Notes under the pieces: generated by a model
What the model saw: only the letters and a program-made list of their open reading frames with translations
Databases searched by the model: none
What the model was told of the DNA's origin: nothing
Shown: positions 27,586-38,096 of the stretch, one piece after another
Position numbering within the stretch: the stretch's first letter is position 1
How the letters are laid out: the number at the start of each line of letters is the position of its first letter
Source: Chitinophagaceae bacterium
GTDB lineage: Bacteria; Bacteroidota; Bacteroidia; Chitinophagales; Chitinophagaceae
Length of the DNA: 41,495 bases
NCBI GenBank assembly: GCA_021738605.1
Contig: JAIPBY010000001.1
Location: 1-41,495 of the forward strand
Reading direction: 5' to 3'
Translations under genes and position numbers: made by a program

Positions 27586-29814
27586 TTATTTTTCGCCGAT
27601 TCTTTTTTGTAAATTCTGGAACAGGTCAATGAGCTGGGCATACATCAGTGTCATTTCGGCTTCTGTTTTTTTAATGGTATCATCCTCAATTTCCCTGATC
27701 AACCCATCAAAACCATTTATGCCGATGGATTTGATCATCACTTTTTCCCTGTGCAAGGTTCTCTTTGCACCTTCCCAGTCCTTGGCAGAAACACTGATCT
27801 GCCACTCGCCCAATGCATGACCCACTTCATCCAAAAAGTATTCCATCATTTTTGCAACCTGGGTGGGCTCATTTCCTGCCATTTCAGAAATATTGGAAAT
27901 GATTTTTTTGTGGATGGATTGATAATATTTTTCTTTCACCGAGCCTGTCTTGAAGAAAAGACAAAGACGGTGCTGAAGATTTTTTTGGTCAATGGGTTTG
28001 GTGATGCAATCTGCAAAACCAAGGTTCAACATATGGTTGACCTCTGACTTAAAGGCAGCCGCAGTCAGGGCTATTACAGGAATAGTTTCACCGTAGCTTT
28101 TTCTGATCAAGGCCAGCGCTGTCGGACCATCCATGATGGGCATCTGAACATCCATCAGTACCAAATCATATTTGTTCTTGCTAATCATCTGAACAGCCTC
28201 AAGTCCATTCTCAGCTTCCTCAGGAATACCTTTCATGTTTTTGACCATCATGGCAAAAAGCATCCTGTTGAGTTTGTTGTCTTCAACAATCAGGATTTTC
28301 TTGCCCTCCATCAATCCACAATCATCAAACTGAACAACATCCTTCATCAATTCATCAGCAGCAACCATCTCGAATGGTATTTCAACCATCACCTTGGTTC
28401 CCACGTCTTTTGTGCTCTCAATCCAAACCTTTCCTCCCATCAGGTTTACAAGGGTTCTCGTAATGGCCAACCCAAGACCCGATCCGGTATGGCGGTGGTT
28501 GTTCTCATTGACTTCCTGGTAAAAATCATCAAAAATATGTTTGAGGCCTTCTTCTGAGATACCAATACCCGAATCCTCACAGGTAAACAACACACGTTGT
28601 GTCTGGTTTTTCTCTTCAATCATCTTGCTGGAAAGCTTGATGGAACCGGCATCCGTAAACTTGATGGCATTCCCAACAATATTGATCAATACCTGCCTGA
28701 TGCGCACTTCATCAGCAAAAAGATTAGGATCTATTTTTCGGTCGAATTCAGTTTCAAAGCTCAGGCCCTTTTCCTTTGCCTTGGGACGGAGAATATTTTC
28801 AACACTTTTGTTGATGTCTTTCAAGGAAACGATTTCTTTTTCAATGTTCATCTTCCCCGCTTCAATCTTAGACATGTCCAGGATATCGTTGATGATTCCC
28901 AACAAACCATGGGCTGCATCACTGATATTTTTTACGAAATAATGCTGTTGCTCGTTGAGCTGAGACATGGACAATTGTTCTGCCAATCCCATGATGGCAT
29001 TCATGGGTGTCCGAATTTCATGGCTCATATTGGACAGAAAAGCAGACTTTGCTTTTTCTGAAGCAATGGCCCTGTTCTTGGCATCTACAAGGCTTTTTTG
29101 CAACTGCCTGTTTTGTGTAACATCCGTATAACTCCAAAGCTGCCCTTTGAAAGTATTCTCAATGATGATAGGCACATAATCCCTTTCAAGGATCCTGCCA
29201 TCTTTTAACACCACTTCCTGCCCAATCAGTGGCTCTTGCTTACCCATCATGCTGAAAATATCATTTTTCACCTTTTCAGCATCTTGGAAGAGTGCAAGTG
29301 ACTGTTGAAGAGAGTCCAGACAATTGACCCCAATCATCTCATGGGGCTGAACAGGAATTTGAAAAAGATTACAAAACTGTCTGTTCACCAATACAACACA
29401 ATGATTCTCGTCTTCTACAAGAATTCCCTTGCCCAGGTTGCTCATCAAATACTGCAAACGGTTAGCATTGATGGCTTTGGAATTATCCCTGCAGACACAA
29501 ACCAAACCTCCATCAGGAAGGCTGGTTAGAGAAACATATTGCATCACAGGCTTTTTATCTTTGCTGATGCCTATGGTTTCACCCGACCAATTGCCATTTT
29601 TACCCAAAACCGGGAATACCTCTTTTTCTAATCTTTCTGCTGCCTCCTTGGTATATATACTCTGCCATGATTTTCCGTACAATTCTTCCGCAGCATCATA
29701 ACCGAACAAATCTGCATGGGCCTTGTTCATGTACATGTAATTGCCACTTTTATCAAGAAGGGCAATTCCGTCGAATGCATTTTCAATGGCGGTTAGCTTT
29801 GCAGGTGTTAACAT
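27586..29814 (-). CDS. Cytoplasmic hybrid histidine kinase (PAS-PAS-HisKA-HATPase-REC-HPt-like)
   Basis: FLSNMSHEIRTPMN, NIVGNAIKFT, DSGIGI, GSGLGLAI, receiver LMDVQMP, C-terminal helical LHREKVMIKSIG; no transmembrane segment seen. Confidence 0.92.
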   Translation of the reverse strand: MLTPAKLTAIENAFDGIALLDKSGNYMYMNKAHADLFGYDAAEELYGKSWQSIYTKEAAERLEKEVFPVLGKNGNWSGETIGISKDKKPVMQYVSLTSLPDGGLVCVCRDNSKAINANRLQYLMSNLGKGILVEDENHCVVLVNRQFCNLFQIPVQPHEMIGVNCLDSLQQSLALFQDAEKVKNDIFSMMGKQEPLIGQEVVLKDGRILERDYVPIIIENTFKGQLWSYTDVTQNRQLQKSLVDAKNRAIASEKAKSAFLSNMSHEIRTPMNAIMGLAEQLSMSQLNEQQHYFVKNISDAAHGLLGIINDILDMSKIEAGKMNIEKEIVSLKDINKSVENILRPKAKEKGLSFETEFDRKIDPNLFADEVRIRQVLINIVGNAIKFTDAGSIKLSSKMIEEKNQTQRVLFTCEDSGIGISEEGLKHIFDDFYQEVNENNHRHTGSGLGLAITRTLVNLMGGKVWIESTKDVGTKVMVEIPFEMVAADELMKDVVQFDDCGLMEGKKILIVEDNKLNRMLFAMMVKNMKGIPEEAENGLEAVQMISKNKYDLVLMDVQMPIMDGPTALALIRKSYGETIPVIALTAAAFKSEVNHMLNLGFADCITKPIDQKNLQHRLCLFFKTGSVKEKYYQSIHKKIISNISEMAGNEPTQVAKMMEYFLDEVGHALGEWQISVSAKDWEGAKRTLHREKVMIKSIGINGFDGLIREIEDDTIKKTEAEMTLMYAQLIDLFQNLQKRIGEK

Positions 29815-30089
29815 GGTGTTTTTGTTTGTAGTTTAAACAACGACAATTTCGTGCTTTTTACTTTTCAAAAAGGAGAAAAAAACACAAAAAAATGAGAAAA
29901 ACCACTTTTATTATTGTTGAATACTTAGCTCGAACAACAGGTCGAATGTAGAACAATATATACGAACCCATTAATTACTAATAAACAAGCTACTATTATT
30001 AGTTGTTTTTAGTAGTTTGTTATATGATAAATAACCTCTTTTTTAAAAATATTAATAATCACCATTAACTTACATTCCAGGTTAAGATT

Positions 30090-30728
30090 ATGACAAGAAT
30101 AGGTATCATAGAAGACAATATTTTTTTGCTGAAAAGCTTTAGGGATTACCTGAACAGCGCAGAGGGAATGACCGTTGTCTTTTCTTGTGCCTCTATGGAA
30201 GAAGCCAAAGAGCAAATAGAATTAAAACAATCCCTCTCACCTGATATCATTTTATTGGATATTTTCTTACCCGGTGAATCAGGCCTTGAAGGCATACCCT
30301 ACCTTAAGAGCAAATTCCCAACCGCCAAAATCATCATGCTCACCGCATACAATGAAGATGGCCTGATCATCAATTGTCTCAAACAAGGTGCCTCCGGCTA
30401 TGCACTAAAAACCGCTCAATTGAGCCATTTGATTGATGTAATCAACCAAACCAGCAGAACAGGGGCTTTTATTGATGAACTCTCCATCGGAAAAGTGATC
30501 AGCAACCTTCAGTCCAAAAAAGAGTCCAGCTTCAAAGACATACTGACTTTCAGGGAAAAAGAGATTGTTGCCCTGGTTGAAAAAGGATACAGCTACAAAC
30601 AAATGTCTGATACGCTTTTTGTTACCACGTATACAATCAATTATCACCTGAAAAACATCTACAAAAAGCTCAACATCCACTCTAAGTCAGAGCTCTTATC
30701 TAAAATCATGGATGAAAGCAAAGGCTGA
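30090..30728 (+). CDS. NarL/LuxR-family response regulator
   Basis: IIEDN, ILLDIFLP, GASGYALK; LTFREKEI...HLKNIYKKLNI HTH. Confidence 0.93.
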   Translation: MTRIGIIEDNIFLLKSFRDYLNSAEGMTVVFSCASMEEAKEQIELKQSLSPDIILLDIFLPGESGLEGIPYLKSKFPTAKIIMLTAYNEDGLIINCLKQGASGYALKTAQLSHLIDVINQTSRTGAFIDELSIGKVISNLQSKKESSFKDILTFREKEIVALVEKGYSYKQMSDTLFVTTYTINYHLKNIYKKLNIHSKSELLSKIMDESKG

Positions 30729-30783
30729 GCATTTGTCAACATCATTTTCGCTGTATCTTTGAGGCCATTCAAGTCTTTGCCAC

Positions 30784-32019
30784 ATGTCCAATTCAGCGCT
30801 GCCAATCAATTTCAACAATACTGAAAAAGCTTTTGCCTACAAAACTGATCGTGACCTGAAAAGGGCCCGGTTTCTATTTTCAGTGATGCAATTTGCCCCT
30901 TTGGTAAAATTGGGAACACAAATCACTCCCTGGGCCATCAAATCAGGCCTACCCGTCAAAGGGATTATCAAAAATACCTTGTTCAAACAATTTGTAGGGG
31001 GTGAAACCCTGGAAGAAACAGTTGGCGTTGCTGACATGCTTGAAAAATTCAACGTGCAGGTTATTCTGGATTATGGAGTTGAAGGAGGAGAAGGCGATGA
31101 AGATAAATATGAAGCAGAAGCCAATTATTTTATCAAAGTCATTCAGTTTGCTGCAACCAGAAAAAACATTCCCTTCATCAGCATCAAGATAACAGGTCTG
31201 GTATCCAGTTTACTCCTAGAAAAATTGGATACTACCCTATCAGCCAACAGCATTGAACCTTTGGTCACCCGGTTTACAAGCAAACTTGAACAACTGAGCC
31301 AGGAAGAGAAAGGCCAATGGGAACAACTCATCGCCAGAACAGTGCGATTGTGCCAGGCAGCATCTGATGCAGGCATTGGTATTATGATTGATGCAGAAGA
31401 ATCCTGGATTCAAGATGCTATTGATGTGGTGGCTACCCAAATGATGGCGCAGTTTAACCTGGGAAAAGTTGTTGTTTACAATACCATTCAACTGTATCGC
31501 TCAGATAGGTTATCATACCTGTCTGAAGCCCTTCAAGAAGCTGAACAGGCAGGATATCTCGCAGGGCTAAAGCTGGTAAGGGGAGCGTACATGGAAAAGG
31601 AAAGGGCAAGAGCAATGGAATTGGGCTATCCCTCACCCATCCAACCCAGCAAGGAGTCTACAGACAGGGATTATGATGCAGCGGTTACGATTTGCATAAA
31701 AAAAATAGAACTGGTTTCTATCATCATTGCCAGCCATAATGAAAAAAGCAATCTATTGGCGGCAAACGAATCAAGATCCAAACATTTATCTGCAAAGCAT
31801 CCTCACCTGCATTTCTCACAGCTCTATGGCATGAGTGATAACCTCACTTTCAATTTAGCAGACGCAGGATACAACGTTTCAAAATACCTCCCCTTTGGCC
31901 CTGTTCATGAAGTAATTCCCTACCTGATGCGAAGGGCAGAAGAAAACAGTTCGGTTTCTGGTCAGACAGGAAGGGAACTCGAACTCATCAAACGAGAGTT
32001 TTCAAGAAGAAAAATCTGA
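30784..32019 (+). CDS. Proline dehydrogenase (monofunctional)
   Basis: QFVGGE, IDAEE, KLVRGAYMEKE, ASHN, FSQLYGM, PYLMRRAEEN; TATCTTTG box at 30754-30761. Confidence 0.93.
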   Translation: MSNSALPINFNNTEKAFAYKTDRDLKRARFLFSVMQFAPLVKLGTQITPWAIKSGLPVKGIIKNTLFKQFVGGETLEETVGVADMLEKFNVQVILDYGVEGGEGDEDKYEAEANYFIKVIQFAATRKNIPFISIKITGLVSSLLLEKLDTTLSANSIEPLVTRFTSKLEQLSQEEKGQWEQLIARTVRLCQAASDAGIGIMIDAEESWIQDAIDVVATQMMAQFNLGKVVVYNTIQLYRSDRLSYLSEALQEAEQAGYLAGLKLVRGAYMEKERARAMELGYPSPIQPSKESTDRDYDAAVTICIKKIELVSIIIASHNEKSNLLAANESRSKHLSAKHPHLHFSQLYGMSDNLTFNLADAGYNVSKYLPFGPVHEVIPYLMRRAEENSSVSGQTGRELELIKREFSRRKI

Positions 32020-32037
32020 TATGATTCAAAAAATGAG

Positions 32038-32075
32038 ATTACGTATTAATACGTAATGAAAATGATGGTAATTAC
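32038..32075. promoter_or_regulatory. Perfect 20-bp palindrome plus secondary box upstream of the H-NOX operon
   Basis: ATTACGTATTAATACGTAAT (32038-32057) and GTAATTAC (32068-32075). Confidence 0.55.
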
Positions 32076-32154
32076 GCCTTACTTAGAAAAAACATTCAAC
32101 CTGTTTTAGGGAATAATTGAATATTGAGTAAATTCATACCAATTAATATTTTAT

Positions 32155-32706
32155 ATGTACGGCATTATCAATCAATCGATTCAAGACCTCGTAGTCAAAG
32201 AATTTGGCGAAGAAACCTGGTTAAAAATCATTGCAAAAAGCAAGGTTGATGTACATGAGTTTCAGAATCATCAGGTTTATGATGATGCGTATACTTACCG
32301 ATTGGCAGGAGCAATTTCCGAAGTCCTGAATACCGACCTCAACACCGTTTTAAAGATGTTTGGAGAATTCTGGATTCTGGAAATTTCCCTAAAAAAATAT
32401 CCCTCCATGATGGCCTCAGGTGGTTTGAGCTTCAAAGAGTTCATGTTAAACCTGCCTAATTTTCACAATCGGGTCTATTTGACATACCCGGAACTAGTTG
32501 CCCCAGAGTTCAAAGTCCGAATGGATGGAGATAGCATGTTGGTTGAATACCATTCAAATCGTCCGGGACTGACAGCCATGATGGAAGGAATGCTCCATGG
32601 CATTGTTAAAATGTTCAAGGAACAAGGCGTCCTGGTACAGCTAGAATCTGAAAAAATAAATAGCGACCTTGACCATGACCTATTCAGGATCATATGGGAG
32701 AAGTAA
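32155..32706 (+). CDS. H-NOX (heme NO/O2-binding) protein
   Basis: MYGIIN...FGEETW, YDD, FGEFW, proximal His in NLPNFH, conserved Pro in APEF, YxSxR motif YHSNR. Confidence 0.95.
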   Translation: MYGIINQSIQDLVVKEFGEETWLKIIAKSKVDVHEFQNHQVYDDAYTYRLAGAISEVLNTDLNTVLKMFGEFWILEISLKKYPSMMASGGLSFKEFMLNLPNFHNRVYLTYPELVAPEFKVRMDGDSMLVEYHSNRPGLTAMMEGMLHGIVKMFKEQGVLVQLESEKINSDLDHDLFRIIWEK

Positions 32707-35700
32707 GACATTCCGACACAAAACCTACAGTACAGTTACCTGAGATAGACAAGCTTTTTCCATTCTATTTCATTGTGGATAAAAGCATGTCCATCATCAA
32801 AAAAGGACCTTCGCTGGAAAAAATCCTCTCTTTCAGCGATGAATCAACCAATGCATTCCACAGCATTTTTTTCATCATCAAGCCAAAATCATCCCCCCCT
32901 TTTGATTTTGAATACCTAAAATCAATTTTATCCGGATTTGTTCTGATAGGAATTCATGGGCTGAACAACACCATACTGAAAGGTCAGCTTGAACACAGGG
33001 TCAAAGAAAATCAAATAGTTTTCTTCGGCTCCCTTTGGGCAGAAGAACATGAAAAATTAATTGAATTGGGGCTAACCTATTCAGATTTCCCTGCCTATGA
33101 TGCTATTTTCGACATCCAACAGATGAAATCTGTATTGAAAAACGAACAAGAAGACCTTGAAAAATTAAAGCAAGAACTCACCATCATCAACCATTCTTCT
33201 GACCTTTTTCTAAACCTGCACAGCAGTGGGCTCATTCGAAAATCATCCCCAAGCTCGAGGGCGATAATAGGATATGAACCCTCAGAAATGATTGGGCTTC
33301 AGTTTCAGGACCTTTTCTTAGATTCAGAAGGGATTGATATCAAAAAAGAAATTGCGGAGATCATCAGTACAGGTAAATCAAAGAATTTCACAACTTATAT
33401 TCTATCAAAGCAACAGCAAAAAATAGGCATCAGTATTTCTTTGTCTCCAGTCATCAACAACACCAAAAACACTACACAAATAATTGGTGTAATCAGGAAT
33501 ATCAATGAAAGATTAAAAAATCTTGAAGAGATCAGAAATCTTGCCTCTTTCCCCAATGAGAATCCCAACCCAATCTTTCGGATAGATTTCAATGGCAAGA
33601 TTTTGTTCAACAACAGCTATGCCAGCTCTATCACAACCGTAATTTTTGAGGGTGCCATCTTTGATATAAATGACATTTGGAATCATATTCTTCAAACCAA
33701 GCAAAGGGAAAACCAAATAACTGTTGATCTGATTGCCAACAATAGAAATTATTCATTTAAAATTGTCAAAAGAAAGGAAATCGACGAATACAACGTGTAT
33801 GGGTCAGACGTCACCGACAGGGTAGAAACAGAGCAAAGGGCACAAGATAACTTTACCAAGTTGAATAATTTTCTTGAGTCAACAAACGATGTTTATTACC
33901 TTATTTACCAAAAAAATAAAACAAAGAACTTTTTCACCTCAAGGTGGCCGTTGTTAATGGGATTCAATCCTAAGGCAGGAGATCTTTGGGAAGAAAAAAG
34001 GGATTGTATCCTTGATGAATACAAGAAAGTATATGATGATGCCATGCGTGAGTTCCACCTCAACGGCAGCATGACGGTTCGATACAAGGTTAAAAACAAA
34101 GTATCTGGACAGATCAGGTGGATATTGGAAGAAGGCAAGATAAAATTTGACTCAACCTTGAATGATGAGGTAATTTCGGGAAGATTGACCGATATCACAG
34201 CAAGCGAAACCTATAGAAACCAGGTTCGGGAATCTGAAGAGCGTTTTCAACTCATTACAGAATCAATGCCTGTGATGATTTGGGTTTCCGGTCAGGACAA
34301 TAAAGTATCCTATACCAATCAGGCATCGCGGGATTTTTTTGGATTCGACCTCAAGGATGTACCAGACCAATCAGTGTTTGCAGAGGTTGTACACCCAGAC
34401 CACAGAAAAACTGCCATTGATGACTGGATGTTGCATCTGCTTGCGAAGCAAAAATGCGAGATGCAATACCTTGTAAAGAACAACCATGGAGAATACAGAT
34501 GGGTATTCGAAATGGCTGTACCCCGTTTTACCCACGAACAAGAATTCCTTGGCTATATTGGCACCGCTTTCGACATCACTTCTGAACGAAAAATGTTCTA
34601 TACCCTGGAGGAAGAGAAAAGGAAATATGAGATGATCTCTAATAAATCTGCAGACATCATCTTTCTAATCAACAAGGAAGGTATCATTGAATATGTTTCA
34701 CCCTCCATCAAAAGGATTCTTGGCTACACAGAAAAGGAAACCGTCGGAAAATTTTTTTTCAGCCTCCAGGCAGATGATAGCAACATTAGTATCACGGATT
34801 TCTCAGAGAATCATTTGGGTACACAACGTGCATTGAGTTTTCAAATGCAAGACAACCAGAAAGAGTTAAAATGGGTTGAGGCTGTATACAGCAATATCAG
34901 TGAAGATGAAGTTGGTGGCGACAAACTGCTCATTCACGTTAGAGACATCAATGAACAATACATCGCACAGACCATGGTGATTGAGAACGAGGCAAAATAC
35001 AGGAACCTCTTTTCAAACATGAACCTTGGCATCATGGAAGTGGACAATGACGAAAGGATTCTCTATGTCAACCCTTCATTTGAACGCATTTCAGGCTATA
35101 CCCAGGATGAGTTGCTGGGAAACAGGGCAGACACTATATTTCTTACTGAACTTTCAGAAAAAGAAATATACCTGCAGGAACGCCGAAATCGTCAACACGG
35201 CAAAGAAGGACTTTATGAAATAAAGATAAAGAAGCGGAATGGTGAGCTGGCCACATGGATCATCAGTGGTGCTCCCACCTTTGACCTGAAAGGTAAGGTC
35301 CGTGGATCCATTGGAATCCATTGGGATGTAACTGAGATCAGGGACCTGGAAACCAAGATACTGTTTGAAAGTGTTCAAAAGGAGAAAGAGTTGATGGAGG
35401 CCAGGTTACAGGCAGAAGAAGAACAGCGCGATGTCATCGGCAGAGACCTGCACGATGGGGTTGGACAAATGTTGGCATACATCAGTGTTTATTTCAACAT
35501 CCTCAAAGAAAAGGAAACAATCACTACAGATGATATTGATAAAGCACAGACCACCATCAAAAAAACCATTGAAGAGGTCAGAAGACTTTCAAGGAACCTT
35601 GCTCCTCCTGCCATCAAAGACCTTGGCTTCAGGGAAGCGGTCATTGAACTGATTGCAAGTTATTCAATCATACCCAAGCCTTCTTTCAATCTGAAGATTT

Positions 35701-36020
35701 ACAAAGGAAAAGATCCAGAAAAATTCATGCATGAACATAAAATAATGATGTTCCGTGTACTGCAGGAACTCAGCAGCAATACCTTCAAATATGCCAATGC
35801 CAATAAAGTAGACATCAAAATTGAACAAAATAAAAAGGGGATGCAGATGCTCTACCAAGATGATGGCATTGGATTTGAAATGGCTACAGTAAAGAAAGGA
35901 ATCGGCCTGAAAAGCATTCTTTCTCGCGTTGAATTCTATGGCGGAGATGTAAAAATAAAAACCAAACCTGGAGAAGGTATCGAAGTATTCATTAATTTAC
36001 CATTTGAACTTAAATTATGA
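32694..36020 (+). CDS. HNOBA + multi-PAS sensor histidine kinase (HisKA_3/NarX type)
   Basis: N-terminal LFPFYFIVD...LKGQL...GLTYSDFPAYDA (HNOBA), about six PAS/PAC-like repeats, RDLHDGVGQML, QELSSNTFKYA, DDGIGF, GIGL. Confidence 0.92.
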   Translation: MGEVRHSDTKPTVQLPEIDKLFPFYFIVDKSMSIIKKGPSLEKILSFSDESTNAFHSIFFIIKPKSSPPFDFEYLKSILSGFVLIGIHGLNNTILKGQLEHRVKENQIVFFGSLWAEEHEKLIELGLTYSDFPAYDAIFDIQQMKSVLKNEQEDLEKLKQELTIINHSSDLFLNLHSSGLIRKSSPSSRAIIGYEPSEMIGLQFQDLFLDSEGIDIKKEIAEIISTGKSKNFTTYILSKQQQKIGISISLSPVINNTKNTTQIIGVIRNINERLKNLEEIRNLASFPNENPNPIFRIDFNGKILFNNSYASSITTVIFEGAIFDINDIWNHILQTKQRENQITVDLIANNRNYSFKIVKRKEIDEYNVYGSDVTDRVETEQRAQDNFTKLNNFLESTNDVYYLIYQKNKTKNFFTSRWPLLMGFNPKAGDLWEEKRDCILDEYKKVYDDAMREFHLNGSMTVRYKVKNKVSGQIRWILEEGKIKFDSTLNDEVISGRLTDITASETYRNQVRESEERFQLITESMPVMIWVSGQDNKVSYTNQASRDFFGFDLKDVPDQSVFAEVVHPDHRKTAIDDWMLHLLAKQKCEMQYLVKNNHGEYRWVFEMAVPRFTHEQEFLGYIGTAFDITSERKMFYTLEEEKRKYEMISNKSADIIFLINKEGIIEYVSPSIKRILGYTEKETVGKFFFSLQADDSNISITDFSENHLGTQRALSFQMQDNQKELKWVEAVYSNISEDEVGGDKLLIHVRDINEQYIAQTMVIENEAKYRNLFSNMNLGIMEVDNDERILYVNPSFERISGYTQDELLGNRADTIFLTELSEKEIYLQERRNRQHGKEGLYEIKIKKRNGELATWIISGAPTFDLKGKVRGSIGIHWDVTEIRDLETKILFESVQKEKELMEARLQAEEEQRDVIGRDLHDGVGQMLAYISVYFNILKEKETITTDDIDKAQTTIKKTIEEVRRLSRNLAPPAIKDLGFREAVIELIASYSIIPKPSFNLKIYKGKDPEKFMHEHKIMMFRVLQELSSNTFKYANANKVDIKIEQNKKGMQMLYQDDGIGFEMATVKKGIGLKSILSRVEFYGGDVKIKTKPGEGIEVFINLPFELKL

Positions 36021-36658
36021 CCAAAAAGATCCGAATTATCATTGCCGATGACCACTTGTTGATTGCTGAAACCTGGGCCACCCTGATCAACATGGACCCG
36101 GAGTTTGAGGTAATTAAAGTATATGACAATACGAAAAGTCTCATTGATGAAATAACAGACATAAAACCAGATATCGCCATTCTTGACATCAATATCAATC
36201 CTTTTTCAGGTATTGAGGCTACAAAAATGATCAAGAAATTGGCTCCTGGCACCAAAATCATTGGTGTCTCTATGCACAACCAACCATCTTTTGCAAAGAA
36301 GATGATCAGAAATGGTGCAACTGGCTACGTAACCAAAAACTCCAGTAAGGTGGAGATGTACGATGCCATCCGTGCAGTAATGAAAGGAGAAAAATACATC
36401 TGCGCTGAGATACAAAGGAACATCACCAATCAAATGCTGGTGGATGAAGACGACAACAAACTAAGCAAGTTGACAGAAAGGGAAATTGAAATCATCAAAT
36501 TGATCAAAAACGGTAGTACCAACAAGGAAATTGCTGAGTCTTTGTTTCTGTCACCAAGAACTGTTGAAACCCATAGGGCCAGGATCCTAAAGAAACTTGA
36601 CCTCAAAAATTCATTGTCGCTGGTGAAGTACATCAATGAATCCTTCATGGATCTTTAG
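36017..36658 (+). CDS. NarL/LuxR-family response regulator
   Basis: IADDH, ILDI, GATGYVTK, LTEREIEI...TVETHRARILKKL; ATGA overlap with the kinase stop codon. Confidence 0.95.
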   Translation: MTKKIRIIIADDHLLIAETWATLINMDPEFEVIKVYDNTKSLIDEITDIKPDIAILDININPFSGIEATKMIKKLAPGTKIIGVSMHNQPSFAKKMIRNGATGYVTKNSSKVEMYDAIRAVMKGEKYICAEIQRNITNQMLVDEDDNKLSKLTEREIEIIKLIKNGSTNKEIAESLFLSPRTVETHRARILKKLDLKNSLSLVKYINESFMDL

Positions 36659-36677
36659 CCGCTAATCTTAATAAAGA

Positions 36678-38003
36678 TTAGTCGCCCCAAATATTGTCCT
36701 TACCGTCAAGCCATTCCTTCACCAACATGGTGGTGACAGATTTAGGCCTTTCGAGTGGCATGCCAAGTGCCCTGTCCCAACAAAGGCTGGCCAATACACC
36801 CAAGGAACGGCTCACACCAAACAGAACAGTATAGAATTCATATTCTACCATGCCGTAATGCACGAGCAGAGCCCCACTGTGGGCATCTACGTTGGGCCAT
36901 GGATTTTTCACCTTACCCAATCCATTTAAAATTTCTGGAACAGTTTCGTAAATTCTCCAAACCGTTTGCACAAGCGGATCATTGGGCATATGCTTTTTAC
37001 CAAATTCCATTTGTGCGGTAAACCTTGGGTCGGTTTTCCTCAATACAGCATGGCCATATCCAGGAACGACTTTGCCCTCAGACAAAGTCGTTTTCACATA
37101 TTCTGCAATTTGATCCTTTGAAGGAAGATCAACACCCAATCTTTCACGCATTTCAAAAATCCACTTGATTACCTCTTGATTGGCCAAACCATGCAATGGG
37201 CCTGCCAAACCATTCATACCAGCAGCAAAGCTGAGGAATGGATCACTGAGTGCAGAACCAACCAGATGGGTGGTATGGGCAGATACATTTCCACCCTCAT
37301 GATCTGCATGAATGGTCATGTACAAACGCATCAATTCCTTGAATCCTTCATCACCGTAACCCATCATGTGGGCAAAATTACCCGACCAATCCAACAATCC
37401 ATTGGGTTCGATGTGTACACCTTCCCTGTATTTTCTTCTGTAGATATAGGCAGCAATCCTTGGCAGACGGGCAATCAGATCGAGGGTATCATCAAAGGTA
37501 GCATCCCAATAGTCTTTTTTGTTCATGCCTGCTGCATAAGCTTTGGCAAAATGACTTCCATTCTGCAAAGCCATGATGGCAATCACAAACATTGTCATTG
37601 GGTGAGTAGAAACGGGTAATGCCTCTATAGAGTCAAAAACATAGTTTGGGACATGAGATCGCCGTTGCAAAGTTGAGGTAATGATTTCAGCTTCTTCTGC
37701 GGAAGGAAGTTCGCCCAACAACATCAGATGAAAAAGACCCTCAGGAAGTGGCTCAGACCCACCTTCGACAGCTGGCAATTTTTGTTTCAATTCAGGAATA
37801 GAATGTCCACGAAAACGAATTCCTTCATTGGCATCCAGCAAGGACGTTTCAGTGACCAAACCTGTGATGCCACGCATCCCTTGGTAAACCTGGGACAGCG
37901 TCACTTCTCCGATGACCTTGTTGCCATGTTCCTTAAGCATTTGTTTGATCTCTGCACCAACCAGGTCTGACTTTGCCTTAAACCGCTTTTTTAATGAATC
38001 CAT
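36678..38003 (-). CDS. gltA: Citrate (Si)-synthase, eukaryotic-like type
   Basis: IHADHEGGNVSAH, LAGPLHGLANQEV, VPGYGHAVLRKTDPR, WPNVDAHSG, ERPKS. Confidence 0.94.
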   Translation of the reverse strand: MDSLKKRFKAKSDLVGAEIKQMLKEHGNKVIGEVTLSQVYQGMRGITGLVTETSLLDANEGIRFRGHSIPELKQKLPAVEGGSEPLPEGLFHLMLLGELPSAEEAEIITSTLQRRSHVPNYVFDSIEALPVSTHPMTMFVIAIMALQNGSHFAKAYAAGMNKKDYWDATFDDTLDLIARLPRIAAYIYRRKYREGVHIEPNGLLDWSGNFAHMMGYGDEGFKELMRLYMTIHADHEGGNVSAHTTHLVGSALSDPFLSFAAGMNGLAGPLHGLANQEVIKWIFEMRERLGVDLPSKDQIAEYVKTTLSEGKVVPGYGHAVLRKTDPRFTAQMEFGKKHMPNDPLVQTVWRIYETVPEILNGLGKVKNPWPNVDAHSGALLVHYGMVEYEFYTVLFGVSRSLGVLASLCWDRALGMPLERPKSVTTMLVKEWLDGKDNIWGD

Positions 38004-38096
38004 GGAAAAAATATGAAATTATAGACTGAATTTTTGGATGCGTAAAGGTAAAACAAAGCGACCGAGGTGCACAAGCTTTTGGAAAAAATAATAGAA

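Noticed and set aside
36678-38003. Eukaryotic-like citrate synthase as a recent eukaryote-to-bacterium transfer
   Set aside because: This type is already known in some bacteria including Bacteroidota, and it sits among core genes.
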